The notes below the pieces were generated by a model that worked only from the letters and a program-made list of their open reading frames with translations, did no database searches and had not been told where the DNA came from. A DNA stretch of 64,000 bases from a virus. The DNA is taken from IMG/VR virus record IMGVR_UViG_3300025727_000782, positions 1 through 64,000 of that record; one strand, 5' to 3'. The stretch's first letter is position 1; each line of letters opens with the position of its first letter. The position numbers and the translations under genes were made by a program. Of the stretch, positions 17,550 through 28,314 are shown piece after piece.

Positions 17550-18047
17550 ATGCCCTATACAATAAAACAAGCTAGAAATACAGATTATTATAAAAATGTA
17601 CAAGATGCAGACGAACATAAACTTTTAAAACATTTAGAAGAAGAAAAGAAAAGAGCTGCAATGTCTGGTTCTGCACTTGATGCAACAGACCCATTGAGAG
17701 ATGATAGAGGATTTTTATTATCATACGAAGACCCTAAAAATCCAGGTGCTTCAATGGAAAAGGAACACCAATATGTTAGACTTCCTGTAGTACAAAAATC
17801 TTCAAATAAAGACTTGTGGTTAAAGTTTTTTGGTCCTGAAGAATTAGGCGGGAATGGAAAATCAGTATTTAATGAATTACTTACTGAAGTACCACCTGAA
17901 GAACCAGAAGTAACACCTCCTGAACTTGAGGGAATGAGAATAGAATTACAATCTAAGATAGATGCTCAAGATGAATTGAATATAACATTAGATGAAACTA
18001 TAACAGAATTACAAGAAGAACTTGCAAAAGTAGCAGAGGGTGATTAA
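17550..18047 (+). CDS. Hypothetical protein with acidic C-terminal coiled coil
   Basis: ORF track; coupled to neighbours. Confidence 0.55.
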   Translation: MPYTIKQARNTDYYKNVQDADEHKLLKHLEEEKKRAAMSGSALDATDPLRDDRGFLLSYEDPKNPGASMEKEHQYVRLPVVQKSSNKDLWLKFFGPEELGGNGKSVFNELLTEVPPEEPEVTPPELEGMRIELQSKIDAQDELNITLDETITELQEELAKVAEGD

Positions 18048-21000
18048 TGTTAGAATACGGATTAAATCAAAAAGATAAAGAACAATTAGAAATTCCTGGA
18101 CTGTTACCTTCTGGATTTGGTAGAAGAAATGAAGATTATATTCATATCTATGTTTATCAATCAGAAGACTTAACTACTGATGAAGACGATGTATTAGTTG
18201 GAGATGAAATATTTCCAGCAGGAGATGTATTTCCTGATGATAGAAAACTTGATTTAGATATAGGTGGACATTTACGACAAATGGGTTTTACAGAAGGAAC
18301 TTATAAAGTTAAGTATTTGTTTCTAAAGAGAATTGCTGGAAAAGAACAAACTGTATTTATAAATGAAGATGGTGAGGTTCATGTTGGTAAAGTTCAAACA
18401 AAAGTTATTAATGGAAAAACAAAATATTTCTCAACTAAAAAATTTGGTAAAAGACAATCAAGACAAGAACTAAAAGAAATATTTCCAAAAGAATTAAAAT
18501 ATGTTGTAAAGAAAATATCTGCTGATAAAACAGAAGTTGAAGTAGATACTCAAAATATTCAAAACGCACTTTATAAAAAGAGAATAAAAGAAATAAATTC
18601 GTGGATAACTTATACGCCACTTACAAATTCTACTTCAGGTAAAATAAGATTTGATTTAACCGACCCAAATATATTAGTATTAACACCACACGATAAAGAA
18701 CCAGGATTTAGTGATGCAATGGTTGGTGGTAAAATAACAATTAAAGGTATGTATAGTATTACTGGAGCTCAGATTGCAGAAAATATTGAACCTGTAACTC
18801 TTCCACCAACAATTTTCACTCCAGAAGATTTTTCAAATATAGATATTTTTGCTGATGTAACTGCAGGAGTAGAACAACCAACTGTAGATGAGCAGATTAA
18901 TGTAAGAGCAGTAGATGAAGAAATGGTTGGTGGGAACGACAAGTTTTCAGGTGTTTGTTTTACAGGGAATACTAAAGTAAAATTAAGTAATGGTAGACAA
19001 GTTCCAATAAAATATTTAAGACATGGAATGAAAGTCAAAACAGAAATTGGTTATGCAAAAATATTAAAAGTAATTAAAGATGAAAGACCTTATGGTGATA
19101 CACTTTCTAAATTTAAAAATCTAATAACTACAGATAACCATCCAATGAAGTATCGTGGTAAATGGTATAAGGCTCATGAGATTGGTAAGTTATTTCAATC
19201 TAAACCACTTAATGTTTATAATTTAATTCTTGATAAACACCACACAATAGTTGCAAACAATGTTGTTTGTGCAACTCTTGGTAAGTGGGAATCAATGAAG
19301 AAGTTTGAAATGTGGAGAGAAAGACAAATCACTATGTTGAGAGCTATGGATGAAGGTGATGATTGGAGTATGGGTGGAGATTCTTCTACTGACAATGAGG
19401 GAATGACTTATAGTACACCATATATTGCAAATAATGAAGTTGTAGTTAATGACCCACCACCAAGTGTAACTCCAGAAAATATTAGAGGGGCAATAGCTAT
19501 AAGTAAGGGATCAGCTGATGTACCAACGGTTCCAGTACCAGCTCCAGAAATTGTAATACCAATTGATTATGTTGGAACAATTGTTGAGGTGTTGGACAAT
19601 AATAGAATAAGAGTTGATACATCATATGAACAAGGTGCAAATAAATTTGAACATAGTGGTGAAGATAATTCAAGAGCAATATTTGATGAATGTTTTGTTA
19701 ATTTCAAAAAAGGACAAGTTGAAAGATTAAATACTTATATGGTTTGTAATGGAAGTTATCACTTAGTACTTAATTATTTAAAAAATCCATTTGGAGCTGA
19801 AACTTCAAGATTAGTAAAGTTATACGATAAGGTAGAAGAAACAGAAGAAATGGATTTATGTTATTTCGTAGAAGAGAAAATGGAGCCATATGAAGATACG
19901 ATTACTTTAGTTCCATTTGTAGAGGAAGATCCTGAAATATTATTTTTAAGATTACCAGATTTTAACTCTACTAATAATCCAATAAATTTTCGTGGAACAA
20001 ACTTTAATAACTATACTCAATTAATCGGAACAGATTCGGGAGTACAAGAAGATATTCAAAATAAATTAGTTTCACAAAGTTTACTTGATACCCAAGTCAA
20101 TGTTGATTATACAAGAAGAACAGATTATTTAGGAAGTGATATAACAGATTATGGATTTGCTAATCACATTCACTTTAGTAGTGCAGAAAAAAGAATTGAT
20201 AATTTTAAAACGAAATTAGAATTAATTGAATTATATGTTTCATCAAGTGATTCATTTCAAGATATAACTGGTTCTGAAGAAACTATTGGTGAATGGAATG
20301 CTAAAAAACGAAGAGTAATTAATTCATTTGATCCATTAGAACATTATATGTATTTTGAATCATCTTCATACGCTTCGAGTTCAGTTGGAGAATACTACTC
20401 AGCTTCTTGGCCTAAGTCAAATTCATCTTCACCATATACATTAGTTCATACGAGTGGTTCTGCAGCAACAACTTGGTTTGATACTTGGAGAGGATATGCA
20501 GAAGATTTTGATAGAAACAATCGTGATAGATTAGCTAATAATATACCACTTCATGTAAATACTGATACTCAAAATAATACATTTATAGATTTTCTTGATA
20601 TGACTGGACAACAATTCGATGAGATTTGGAGTTATCTAAAACACTTCACAGATATAAATGAAAGAAGTAATAAATTATCAGAGGGTATATCAAAGGATAT
20701 TGTTAGAGAAGTTGCTAGGAGTATGGGATTTGAACTTACTAATGGTAATGATTTAATGATACTTCCAGAATATTTGTTGGGTAAAGAAGCAGATGGTACT
20801 ACTAAATATGAATCACCACAAGACCAGGTAACAGAAGAAATATGGAAAAGAATTTTAGCAAATACACCTTTCTTTCTGAAGACAAAAGGTACTATGAGGG
20901 CAATGAAAGGATTGTTAAATTGTTATGGTATACCAAGTTCAATATTACGAGTAAGAGAATATGGTGGTCCTGATAAAGGAACAAGAGTTTCTTATGAGAT

Positions 21001-22834
21001 AAAAAGAAAGTTTACATATGCATTAGATTTTAAATCTTCAGAGTATGTTCAAGTGCCATGGAATGATGATGGTACGAGTGGAATAAAACCTGAAACAGTA
21101 GAGTTTAGATTTAGAAGTCCAAAATCAAAAGACCAAGTTATATTGAATCAAGGAACTAATTGGGCAATATCATTACAAGATAATGGAGCAACTGATGATT
21201 ATGGATATTTAGAATTTGCTATTAGTGGTAGTTCTCTTGAATTTGTTACTTCATCTTTATTACCAGTTTATAATGATGAGATGTGGAGTGTTATGTTAAC
21301 GAGGAAATCAGCAAGTGGAGCTGAGTTAACTGCAGATACAACTTCACAAAATATAACTTATGAGTTAACAACAAAACAATATGATTCAAGTAGAGAAGTT
21401 GTAAGGTTTGCAAGTAGTCAAAGTTTATCAACAAATACTGCAGCGACAAATGCTAAATTTGTTGCAGATGGTACTCTAAGTTTTGGTGGAAGTGGAACAG
21501 GGTTTTATACAACACAACTTAGTGGTTCATTAATGGAGCTTAGATTGTGGAGTGAACCATTATCACAGGATTCATTTGATAACCATGTTAGAGCACCAAA
21601 ATCTTATAATGGAAATACTACTGAATCTTTCTTTGATAATTTGATACATAGAACACAATTGAATGATAATATAAGTTTAGTTTCAACTTCAAGTTTTACT
21701 GATAATAGTTTTTCACAAACATACAATGAAACTGGTAGTGCTAAAAGTTTTGTTGGGAATCAATTTAGAAGTATAGTAGATTTAGAACAATTAAGAGTTC
21801 CAAACATTGGTCCGAGTAGAAGAAATGCAACTAAAATACGATTAGAGGATAATACTTTAACTGGACCATTATCATCTAATATTAGAAATGAAAAATCATC
21901 ACAAGATTTTGCACCAATAGATAGTAATAAACTCGGAGTATTCTTTTCACCAACGGATGTAGTGAATGAGGATATAATGTATTCTATAGCGGATTTTAAT
22001 TTTGATAATTTGGTTGGAGATCCAAGAGATGTTTATGAAGATAGTTATCGTGGATTAGAATTACAACAAAGAAAGTATTGGAAAAAATATTCACGAACAA
22101 ATAACTTTTGGGATTATATGAGAATCATAGATTATTATGATAGTGGTATTTGGCAACAACTTAAAAGTTTATCACCTGCAAGAGCAAACACAACTCTTGG
22201 AGTTTTGATTGAACCAAACATATTAGAACGAAGTAAAGTGGTAATTGGAAAGTCACCATCATTTGATAATCAATATTTTGAAAATGCTGGACATTTTGAT
22301 GTTGGAATAGATATGACTAATTTCATAAGTGGTTCTGATGATAGGATGATGGTTCTAACTGGAGAGTTTCCAAACTATGATGGAGTTTTAAATGTACATA
22401 ATAATGAATCAGGTTCACTTGGTACTACAGCAATGCCATCATTGGTGAGATTGGGAGAAATTGACCCGAGAACAGAATTTGGTAATACATATGCTACAGC
22501 AAGTACTACACAGGGTGCTGTATCAAGAGTATTTACAGAAACATTACAACCTTATATTAGTTCTTCAAGACTTGCAGAACACAATGAAATAAAATATAAG
22601 AATTATGCGAGTTCACAAGATGCTTATACTGATACACCACTTAGTTCATCATTTGAACCAGCGGAATATCAGAGTATGGCATATGACTCAAAACTTTTTA
22701 GACTTTTTTATAAAGGTCAATTATTAACAAAGAAAAATACAATAGATGGAAACGACCCCGTTGAGATAACTATAACATCACCAACAAAACTTGTAACACA
22801 AGAACCAGGTGATTCTAAACTAAAAGTTGAATAA
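18047..22834 (+). CDS. Large baseplate/virion protein with internal Vint-type Hint domain and LamG-like domain
   Basis: CFTGNTKVKL...ITTDNHPM...VYNLILD...CATLG (Hint); KTKGTMRAMKGLLNCYGIP (baseplate gp7/tail-I-like); TVEFRF...SGSLMELRLW (LamG-like). Confidence 0.7.
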   Translation: MLEYGLNQKDKEQLEIPGLLPSGFGRRNEDYIHIYVYQSEDLTTDEDDVLVGDEIFPAGDVFPDDRKLDLDIGGHLRQMGFTEGTYKVKYLFLKRIAGKEQTVFINEDGEVHVGKVQTKVINGKTKYFSTKKFGKRQSRQELKEIFPKELKYVVKKISADKTEVEVDTQNIQNALYKKRIKEINSWITYTPLTNSTSGKIRFDLTDPNILVLTPHDKEPGFSDAMVGGKITIKGMYSITGAQIAENIEPVTLPPTIFTPEDFSNIDIFADVTAGVEQPTVDEQINVRAVDEEMVGGNDKFSGVCFTGNTKVKLSNGRQVPIKYLRHGMKVKTEIGYAKILKVIKDERPYGDTLSKFKNLITTDNHPMKYRGKWYKAHEIGKLFQSKPLNVYNLILDKHHTIVANNVVCATLGKWESMKKFEMWRERQITMLRAMDEGDDWSMGGDSSTDNEGMTYSTPYIANNEVVVNDPPPSVTPENIRGAIAISKGSADVPTVPVPAPEIVIPIDYVGTIVEVLDNNRIRVDTSYEQGANKFEHSGEDNSRAIFDECFVNFKKGQVERLNTYMVCNGSYHLVLNYLKNPFGAETSRLVKLYDKVEETEEMDLCYFVEEKMEPYEDTITLVPFVEEDPEILFLRLPDFNSTNNPINFRGTNFNNYTQLIGTDSGVQEDIQNKLVSQSLLDTQVNVDYTRRTDYLGSDITDYGFANHIHFSSAEKRIDNFKTKLELIELYVSSSDSFQDITGSEETIGEWNAKKRRVINSFDPLEHYMYFESSSYASSSVGEYYSASWPKSNSSSPYTLVHTSGSAATTWFDTWRGYAEDFDRNNRDRLANNIPLHVNTDTQNNTFIDFLDMTGQQFDEIWSYLKHFTDINERSNKLSEGISKDIVREVARSMGFELTNGNDLMILPEYLLGKEADGTTKYESPQDQVTEEIWKRILANTPFFLKTKGTMRAMKGLLNCYGIPSSILRVREYGGPDKGTRVSYEIKRKFTYALDFKSSEYVQVPWNDDGTSGIKPETVEFRFRSPKSKDQVILNQGTNWAISLQDNGATDDYGYLEFAISGSSLEFVTSSLLPVYNDEMWSVMLTRKSASGAELTADTTSQNITYELTTKQYDSSREVVRFASSQSLSTNTAATNAKFVADGTLSFGGSGTGFYTTQLSGSLMELRLWSEPLSQDSFDNHVRAPKSYNGNTTESFFDNLIHRTQLNDNISLVSTSSFTDNSFSQTYNETGSAKSFVGNQFRSIVDLEQLRVPNIGPSRRNATKIRLEDNTLTGPLSSNIRNEKSSQDFAPIDSNKLGVFFSPTDVVNEDIMYSIADFNFDNLVGDPRDVYEDSYRGLELQQRKYWKKYSRTNNFWDYMRIIDYYDSGIWQQLKSLSPARANTTLGVLIEPNILERSKVVIGKSPSFDNQYFENAGHFDVGIDMTNFISGSDDRMMVLTGEFPNYDGVLNVHNNESGSLGTTAMPSLVRLGEIDPRTEFGNTYATASTTQGAVSRVFTETLQPYISSSRLAEHNEIKYKNYASSQDAYTDTPLSSSFEPAEYQSMAYDSKLFRLFYKGQLLTKKNTIDGNDPVEITITSPTKLVTQEPGDSKLKVE

Positions 22835-22903
22835 AAGATGAGTAAGTATATATTTATCTATGAGGTTTTCCATCTCAAATATAATACAATTAGGAGTATT
22901 TAA

Positions 22904-23740
22904 ATGAATAAAAAATCAGTCGTTTGGACATCCCCAAGACGCGTGAAAATGGGATTTCTAAACAATACAAGCGTAACCGTTGATGCTATTCTTACCAAAA
23001 AAGGTCGAGAACTATTGGCAAGAGGGCAAGACGAGTTCAGAATAACAAAGTTTGCATTATCGGATGACGAAATAGATTACAGTCTATGGGATACAGCACA
23101 TCCGAATGGTTCAAATTATTACGGAGCAGTAATTGAGAATATGCCGTTATTGGAAGCCTTTGTAGATGAAAATCAAGTTATGAGATATAAGTTAGTATCC
23201 TTACCGAAGAATACTGCTAAATTACCAATACTTGAAATTCCATCACCATCATTAGTTTTCAATGGTCCTGGTATTACTCAAACTATTACACCAAACACGC
23301 GAAATGGTAGTGATAACGAAAGTGGATATAACTTCATCTTACATGATGGTATTATAGCTAACTTGACTCCAGTAATCGTTTCTTCTAATACGAAGAAAAG
23401 TAGAGTACCACCAAAACAAAGGTTTGCAAGAAGAGTAGCTGGATCCAGTCGGGGAAGATTTTCCGCAGGAGCAGCTGGTAAATTGGGTGCAACCGCATTT
23501 TTAGATGAACTGGAAGATATGAATATTGCAGATTTACAATTTAATGCAGGGGCAACTACTCCAGTATTCTTAAACGAGGAAGAGAGAAAGAGTTCAATAA
23601 CAATTACAGGAAAATCTGTAAATGTCGTTTCTCGTTCTGTAACTTCAGACACTTCAACAAATGTAACCGTAATTGGGTTGGACACAGGGGCGACATATAA
23701 TGTTGCAGTTACTGTTAAAGCAGACCCAAGTAAATTATAA
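22904..23740 (+). CDS. Conserved virion structural protein
   Basis: MGFLNNTSVTVDAILTKKGRELLA...ITKFALSDDEIDY; alternative start 22949. Confidence 0.65.
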   Translation: MNKKSVVWTSPRRVKMGFLNNTSVTVDAILTKKGRELLARGQDEFRITKFALSDDEIDYSLWDTAHPNGSNYYGAVIENMPLLEAFVDENQVMRYKLVSLPKNTAKLPILEIPSPSLVFNGPGITQTITPNTRNGSDNESGYNFILHDGIIANLTPVIVSSNTKKSRVPPKQRFARRVAGSSRGRFSAGAAGKLGATAFLDELEDMNIADLQFNAGATTPVFLNEEERKSSITITGKSVNVVSRSVTSDTSTNVTVIGLDTGATYNVAVTVKADPSKL

Positions 23741-23747
23741 GGAGTAG

Positions 23748-24761
23748 ATGATGTCAGTATTTACAAGATTCGATTTTGAAAACGATGTAGTTGAAAATCA
23801 ACGAACTAAAGTATCAAGTGGTATTTTTAGTGGTGGAAGTGGAACATTAACCACTTTCTTTACAGCATCAGCATTAGGTGATGTTAGTGGTTCGTATCGT
23901 GCAATATATCATAAAGTACCAAGCGATTCAACATCAGAAATACAATTTGATATAGGATATGCTAATTTTAATGGGAGTGGTTCAGCAGGAAATACTACCA
24001 AATTAACAAGTGGTGGAAGACAAACTGCTGGGATGTATCGACAATTCAGAAATGTTTTGTTATCACCCAATACCGAGAAATTTACATTCACAAGTGCAGC
24101 TTCTACTGCAGATGATTTTTACTTCATCTCGTTCAATAGAGCTCGTATGAGAGAAAAGATTGATCCAGGTAATTGGGAACTACATCTTGGGAGTACACCA
24201 TTAAAATTAATTGATGATAGTGGAGCAACTAATAACCCAACTGTTAATGAGGGTGGGAGAGTATATAATATTGTTTCAGGTTCATTGGAGACAGGAACAG
24301 GTGTTATTAAAACTGCAGCAGTTTCTCAACCAGGTGGAGCAATTGGTACATTCTATCCAGATTTAGGAATTATTTTATTAAGTGCATCCCAACTTGATGC
24401 AAGTGCCTCAATGGCAAGTGCCAGAAGTGCAGATGCATTCGATGACAATGGAATGAAATTTTATAATTCAATGGTAACAGGTAATAAAGTTCAAGCTCGT
24501 AGAGAAGAAGAAATAACTTCAACAAACTTTTTCTGTAGAGTGAATAACAAACGATACAACTTTAGTTCCAATCCAACTTTCTTTACAGGTTCAGATGGAG
24601 CATTAACACAACAAACTTTCTTCAAAGACCCTAAAGTTTATATTACTTCTGTAGGTATGTACAATGATGAAAATGAGTTGTTGGCTATTGCTAAACTAAG
24701 TAAACCTATTTTGAAATCATACTCAAGGGAAGCTATTATAAAAGTAAAACTTGACTTCTAA
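23748..24761 (+). CDS. Virion structural protein (baseplate/tail-fibre attachment-like)
   Basis: C-terminal YITSVGMYNDENELLAIAKLSKP. Confidence 0.6.
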   Translation: MMSVFTRFDFENDVVENQRTKVSSGIFSGGSGTLTTFFTASALGDVSGSYRAIYHKVPSDSTSEIQFDIGYANFNGSGSAGNTTKLTSGGRQTAGMYRQFRNVLLSPNTEKFTFTSAASTADDFYFISFNRARMREKIDPGNWELHLGSTPLKLIDDSGATNNPTVNEGGRVYNIVSGSLETGTGVIKTAAVSQPGGAIGTFYPDLGIILLSASQLDASASMASARSADAFDDNGMKFYNSMVTGNKVQARREEEITSTNFFCRVNNKRYNFSSNPTFFTGSDGALTQQTFFKDPKVYITSVGMYNDENELLAIAKLSKPILKSYSREAIIKVKLDF

Positions 24762-24773
24762 GGGGAAACTATA

Positions 24774-25787
24774 ATGTTCAAAAACATTGACCCATCGAGT
24801 AAGTCAATTAAACCTTTTAAAGCGTATAAGTCATTCACACTAACTAACAATGATAGTGGGAGTGGACACTTTGTTTTAAAAGCAGTTAGTGGTTCTCATC
24901 ATAATTTCAATACAGGTTCCGCAGCTTCACAGAGTTTTGGTAGTTATGTTCAATCTGCAAGTGCATTTGAATATGGTACATTCTATGATTTACCTAATTG
25001 GCATGGAATAAATCAACTCTATTATAAAAGAAGTTCAGAACCATATGGAAATTTTGGAAGTAATAATCCTAAAAAGATTAATCGCGAACTAAATGGTACG
25101 GCAAGAATATTTTCCATACCAAGACAATTATTCGGTGAACAAATAAAACCAGAAAGTGTAACACTATCAGCTACAGCTGATGGCCAAACTTTTGATATCC
25201 GAGATGACGGAGATGGGAATTTATTTGATTTTGCTCATTCAGCAAGTTATGCTGCATTTAAATCAAGTTCATTTAATAGGAGTCAAGGTGTACAATCAAA
25301 TGGAAGTGGTAGTGAGGTAGGTAATGTTTTTTATGAACATGGCCAAATTGTTATAACCGATACAGGTTCTTATGTAAATGTAGGAACTTCAACAGGACAT
25401 ACTTTAAATTATAAAGCAACTTCTACATTATATGAACATGAATATGTTGTGGATGCTACACCAAGTGAGTTTAATTTAAGTACTAATATAAGTGCTACAT
25501 TTGAACGAAGTGGTAGTATATCAATTGCAGAAGGAAGTGTATCAATGTCAAGATTTTTCCCACCAGGTGATCAACCAACGGGTGTGGGAACGGGCAGTTT
25601 AAAACCATTTTATAATGCAGCTTCTAAGGTGGCATCATACACAACACATTCTGAATTTCGACCATATGTTAGTACTGTAGGACTTTATAATGATAGTAAT
25701 GAACTTATGGCTATTGGTAAGTTAAGTAAAGCAGTGAAGTTTAGTAAAGATTCAAACACATCAATAGTTATAAGATTTGATGTTTAA
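24774..25787 (+). CDS. Virion structural protein, paralog of 23748..24761
   Basis: Shared DDG.GN, GNVFY..G.I and YVSTVGLYNDSNELMAIGKLSK motifs. Confidence 0.6.
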   Translation: MFKNIDPSSKSIKPFKAYKSFTLTNNDSGSGHFVLKAVSGSHHNFNTGSAASQSFGSYVQSASAFEYGTFYDLPNWHGINQLYYKRSSEPYGNFGSNNPKKINRELNGTARIFSIPRQLFGEQIKPESVTLSATADGQTFDIRDDGDGNLFDFAHSASYAAFKSSSFNRSQGVQSNGSGSEVGNVFYEHGQIVITDTGSYVNVGTSTGHTLNYKATSTLYEHEYVVDATPSEFNLSTNISATFERSGSISIAEGSVSMSRFFPPGDQPTGVGTGSLKPFYNAASKVASYTTHSEFRPYVSTVGLYNDSNELMAIGKLSKAVKFSKDSNTSIVIRFDV

Positions 25788-25861
25788 TTAAGTATATATC
25801 CTATTTATTATTGATTACAGGGGAGTAATTTTTTAATAATTAAAACAGGAGAGAGACTACG

Positions 25862-26296
25862 ATGGATACCGATGTTCAAGGGTTATTGAAAACCTTAATA
25901 GGACATTACGGTTGGATGGTAGTTACATTTGGTATTATGTTCTTTTTTAAAGAGTCCATAATGAATATGATTCAGGGTATGCAAATATTTATGGGTAACG
26001 ATTTTAATAATGATGATGTTATCTATATTAGTGGCCGAGAAGCCAGAGTCGTGAGAGTCGGAATGACAAAAACAGTATTTTACATGACCGACAGGAGAAG
26101 TAAAATGGTAGTGCCCAATGAAAAACTAAAATCCTTAACCTTAGAGAAACGATTACCGCGTGGTGCACGCCAGGCTAAAGACGGTTATTTGCCTAAATCT
26201 ACCGATAAACTATCAGATAAACAAAAACAAGGATTACATGCAGTTTCTAACGAAAAAACTGTACGGGATACGGGGAAAAAAGTATCAAAAAAGTAG
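25862..26296 (+). CDS. Minimal MscS-like mechanosensitive channel domain protein
   Basis: TM helix, then FNNDDVIYISGREARVVRVGMTKT...VVPNEKL matching the MscS beta domain. Confidence 0.6.
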   Translation: MDTDVQGLLKTLIGHYGWMVVTFGIMFFFKESIMNMIQGMQIFMGNDFNNDDVIYISGREARVVRVGMTKTVFYMTDRRSKMVVPNEKLKSLTLEKRLPRGARQAKDGYLPKSTDKLSDKQKQGLHAVSNEKTVRDTGKKVSKK

Positions 26297-26376
26297 TTAG
26301 TTTTACCTAAATTTTAAAGATTTTAATATTTATTAATAAGTCATAATCAATTAACTATAGAAAGGATTGACGAAGT

Positions 26377-27639
26377 ATGAGAAAATTATGGATGATACCA
26401 TTGTTATTTAGTTTTGTGTTCTCACAGAATTTAATAACAGACTTTTTTAAATATTCAACTGTATATGCTGGATTTAATTTATCTTCACCTAAATGGGAAG
26501 ATGATAGATACAGATTGCAGTTAATAAATCCAGAAACTGGCCTACCAGATTGGGTAAATGGAACTATTAGTGTAAATAAAGAAGATATAGAATTAAAACC
26601 AGATTTTGATTTCTCATTTGGTATAAGAAAAATCGCAAGATTTCATTATGAACCAAAACGAGGAGTTAAAAATGCTGGTGTTGGTGGAGATTGGTATAAA
26701 GGAAATGAATCAAGTCCAAATGATGCTGCTACAATTGGTAGAGTTAAAGGATTTGAGTATTTAATAAAATATGAAGAAAATCGTAGATGGGATGAGGAGT
26801 TTACATCTCAAGAATATAATTTACGATATCTTGGTGATTGGTTTATTGCTAAAATTAAATACCATGATTTACAATTAGAAGACATTAAATATTCCCAAGC
26901 AGATTTGAGATTTAGAAAAGAATTTCTATTAGAGGATGCAAGTCTAAATCTATCAGTTGGTATTGGTGGGAGAGAACATCCAGTTTATGGATTTGCCCCT
27001 ACCGTTATAGATACAAGTTGGTATACAGGTTCTTGGTGGGATTTCGCATCAGATGAATTTGGTGTAAGTGATAAATACTATCGCGGTGATTTAGACGGAG
27101 ATGGAGTAGGAGATGGTGGAATGACTATATATGATGCAGCTACAGGACAACCAATAGGTTGGGTAGGTAGTGATTTTAGATGGTTTGATGCCAATGGTGA
27201 ATTAATGGCAATGTCTGATAGAGAATTTTATCAATATCATTTTCCTGAATTATTAGAAAATTGGTTTGAAGATAAAACAAAGGCATTAGGAAATCAACGA
27301 GAAATATCATTATCATTCGGTTTAGATTACTATAAATACACAGAGAACTTTTGGATACATGCATGGGGAACTTTGTTTCCTATCCACTATGGATTAGATA
27401 AATACTCTTTCCATAATGCATTTGCATTTAAAGAACATGAAAAACGAGGTGGGGATCCACTTGAGTTTGAATTTATGGATGCAGAAATAGAACAATGGAA
27501 TGATTATGACTTCGGTGCAGTAATCGGATTTAAATTAAAAGATAATTTAGGATTTTATGCTGAAGGTAAATATTTATACTATTGGGAACGCCCTACTTAT
27601 GATGTACGATTAGGGTTAAATTATCAGTTTTTAAACTAA
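26377..27639 (+). CDS. Exported protein, probable outer-membrane beta-barrel
   Basis: Signal peptide; alternating aromatic beta strands; ends YDVRLGLNYQFLN. Confidence 0.55.
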   Translation: MRKLWMIPLLFSFVFSQNLITDFFKYSTVYAGFNLSSPKWEDDRYRLQLINPETGLPDWVNGTISVNKEDIELKPDFDFSFGIRKIARFHYEPKRGVKNAGVGGDWYKGNESSPNDAATIGRVKGFEYLIKYEENRRWDEEFTSQEYNLRYLGDWFIAKIKYHDLQLEDIKYSQADLRFRKEFLLEDASLNLSVGIGGREHPVYGFAPTVIDTSWYTGSWWDFASDEFGVSDKYYRGDLDGDGVGDGGMTIYDAATGQPIGWVGSDFRWFDANGELMAMSDREFYQYHFPELLENWFEDKTKALGNQREISLSFGLDYYKYTENFWIHAWGTLFPIHYGLDKYSFHNAFAFKEHEKRGGDPLEFEFMDAEIEQWNDYDFGAVIGFKLKDNLGFYAEGKYLYYWERPTYDVRLGLNYQFLN

Positions 27640-27655
27640 TATAGGAGAGATAAGA

Positions 27656-27724
27656 ATGTTAAACGCATGTAAAAACCCAGATTGTAAATGTGAAAATTGC
27701 AATTGTAAAAATTGTGATTGTTAA
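27656..27724 (+). CDS. Cys-rich micropeptide, metallothionein-like (22 aa, 7 Cys)
   Basis: AGGAGA RBS; MLNACKNPDCKCENCNCKNCDC*. Confidence 0.55.
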   Translation: MLNACKNPDCKCENCNCKNCDC

Positions 27725-27741
27725 TCACTCGGAGAGAATAA

Positions 27742-28314
27742 GTGGATGAAAAGAAATTAGGTCAGCTGTTGCTCGTTAAAGATGTAATAACTAAACGACA
27801 ATTAGCATCAGCTGTACAATCACAAATAAAAGGTGATAATAGAAAGATAGGGGAAATCTTAATTGATAAGGGATTTCTTACTATGGAAGATTTAACAGAT
27901 ATTTTGTTAGAGAATGGGCATAGTGAGCCAACACCAGTTATACCAACCCCTGAGCCATCAGGTTTAGTGGAAGGATCAGAATTGAGTAAAAATACAAAAT
28001 TCAAAGTATCCATTCAGACGATGATTAGTGCTGGAGTTGGTATTGCAACACTGGTTGGATTTTGGTACGCATTACAAGCAGACATACAAGAAGCAAAAGA
28101 GTTACCCGCGATTGGTAACATATATGACCAAGAGTATCCATCAAAACCAGAAGGATATAACTGGCCGCGTTCATATGAACAATATAAGGATAATGTTGGT
28201 GCACTTCAAGAAGATATGGATGCAGTATTTGAAACCTTAGAAGACTATGAAGAAAAGATTGAAGAATTAGAAAAGCAAGTTACAGAACTGAGAATTAAGG
28301 TGGGCAATAAATGA
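27742..28314 (+). CDS. MshEN-like domain - TM - coiled-coil membrane protein
   Basis: KLGQLLLVKDVITKRQLASAVQSQ and KIGEILIDKGFLTMEDLTDIL tandem motifs. Confidence 0.65.
   Translation: MDEKKLGQLLLVKDVITKRQLASAVQSQIKGDNRKIGEILIDKGFLTMEDLTDILLENGHSEPTPVIPTPEPSGLVEGSELSKNTKFKVSIQTMISAGVGIATLVGFWYALQADIQEAKELPAIGNIYDQEYPSKPEGYNWPRSYEQYKDNVGALQEDMDAVFETLEDYEEKIEELEKQVTELRIKVGNK

Noticed and set aside
18956-19285. Canonical splicing intein with homing endonuclease
   Set aside because: No endonuclease domain and no terminal His-Asn-Cys/Ser/Thr
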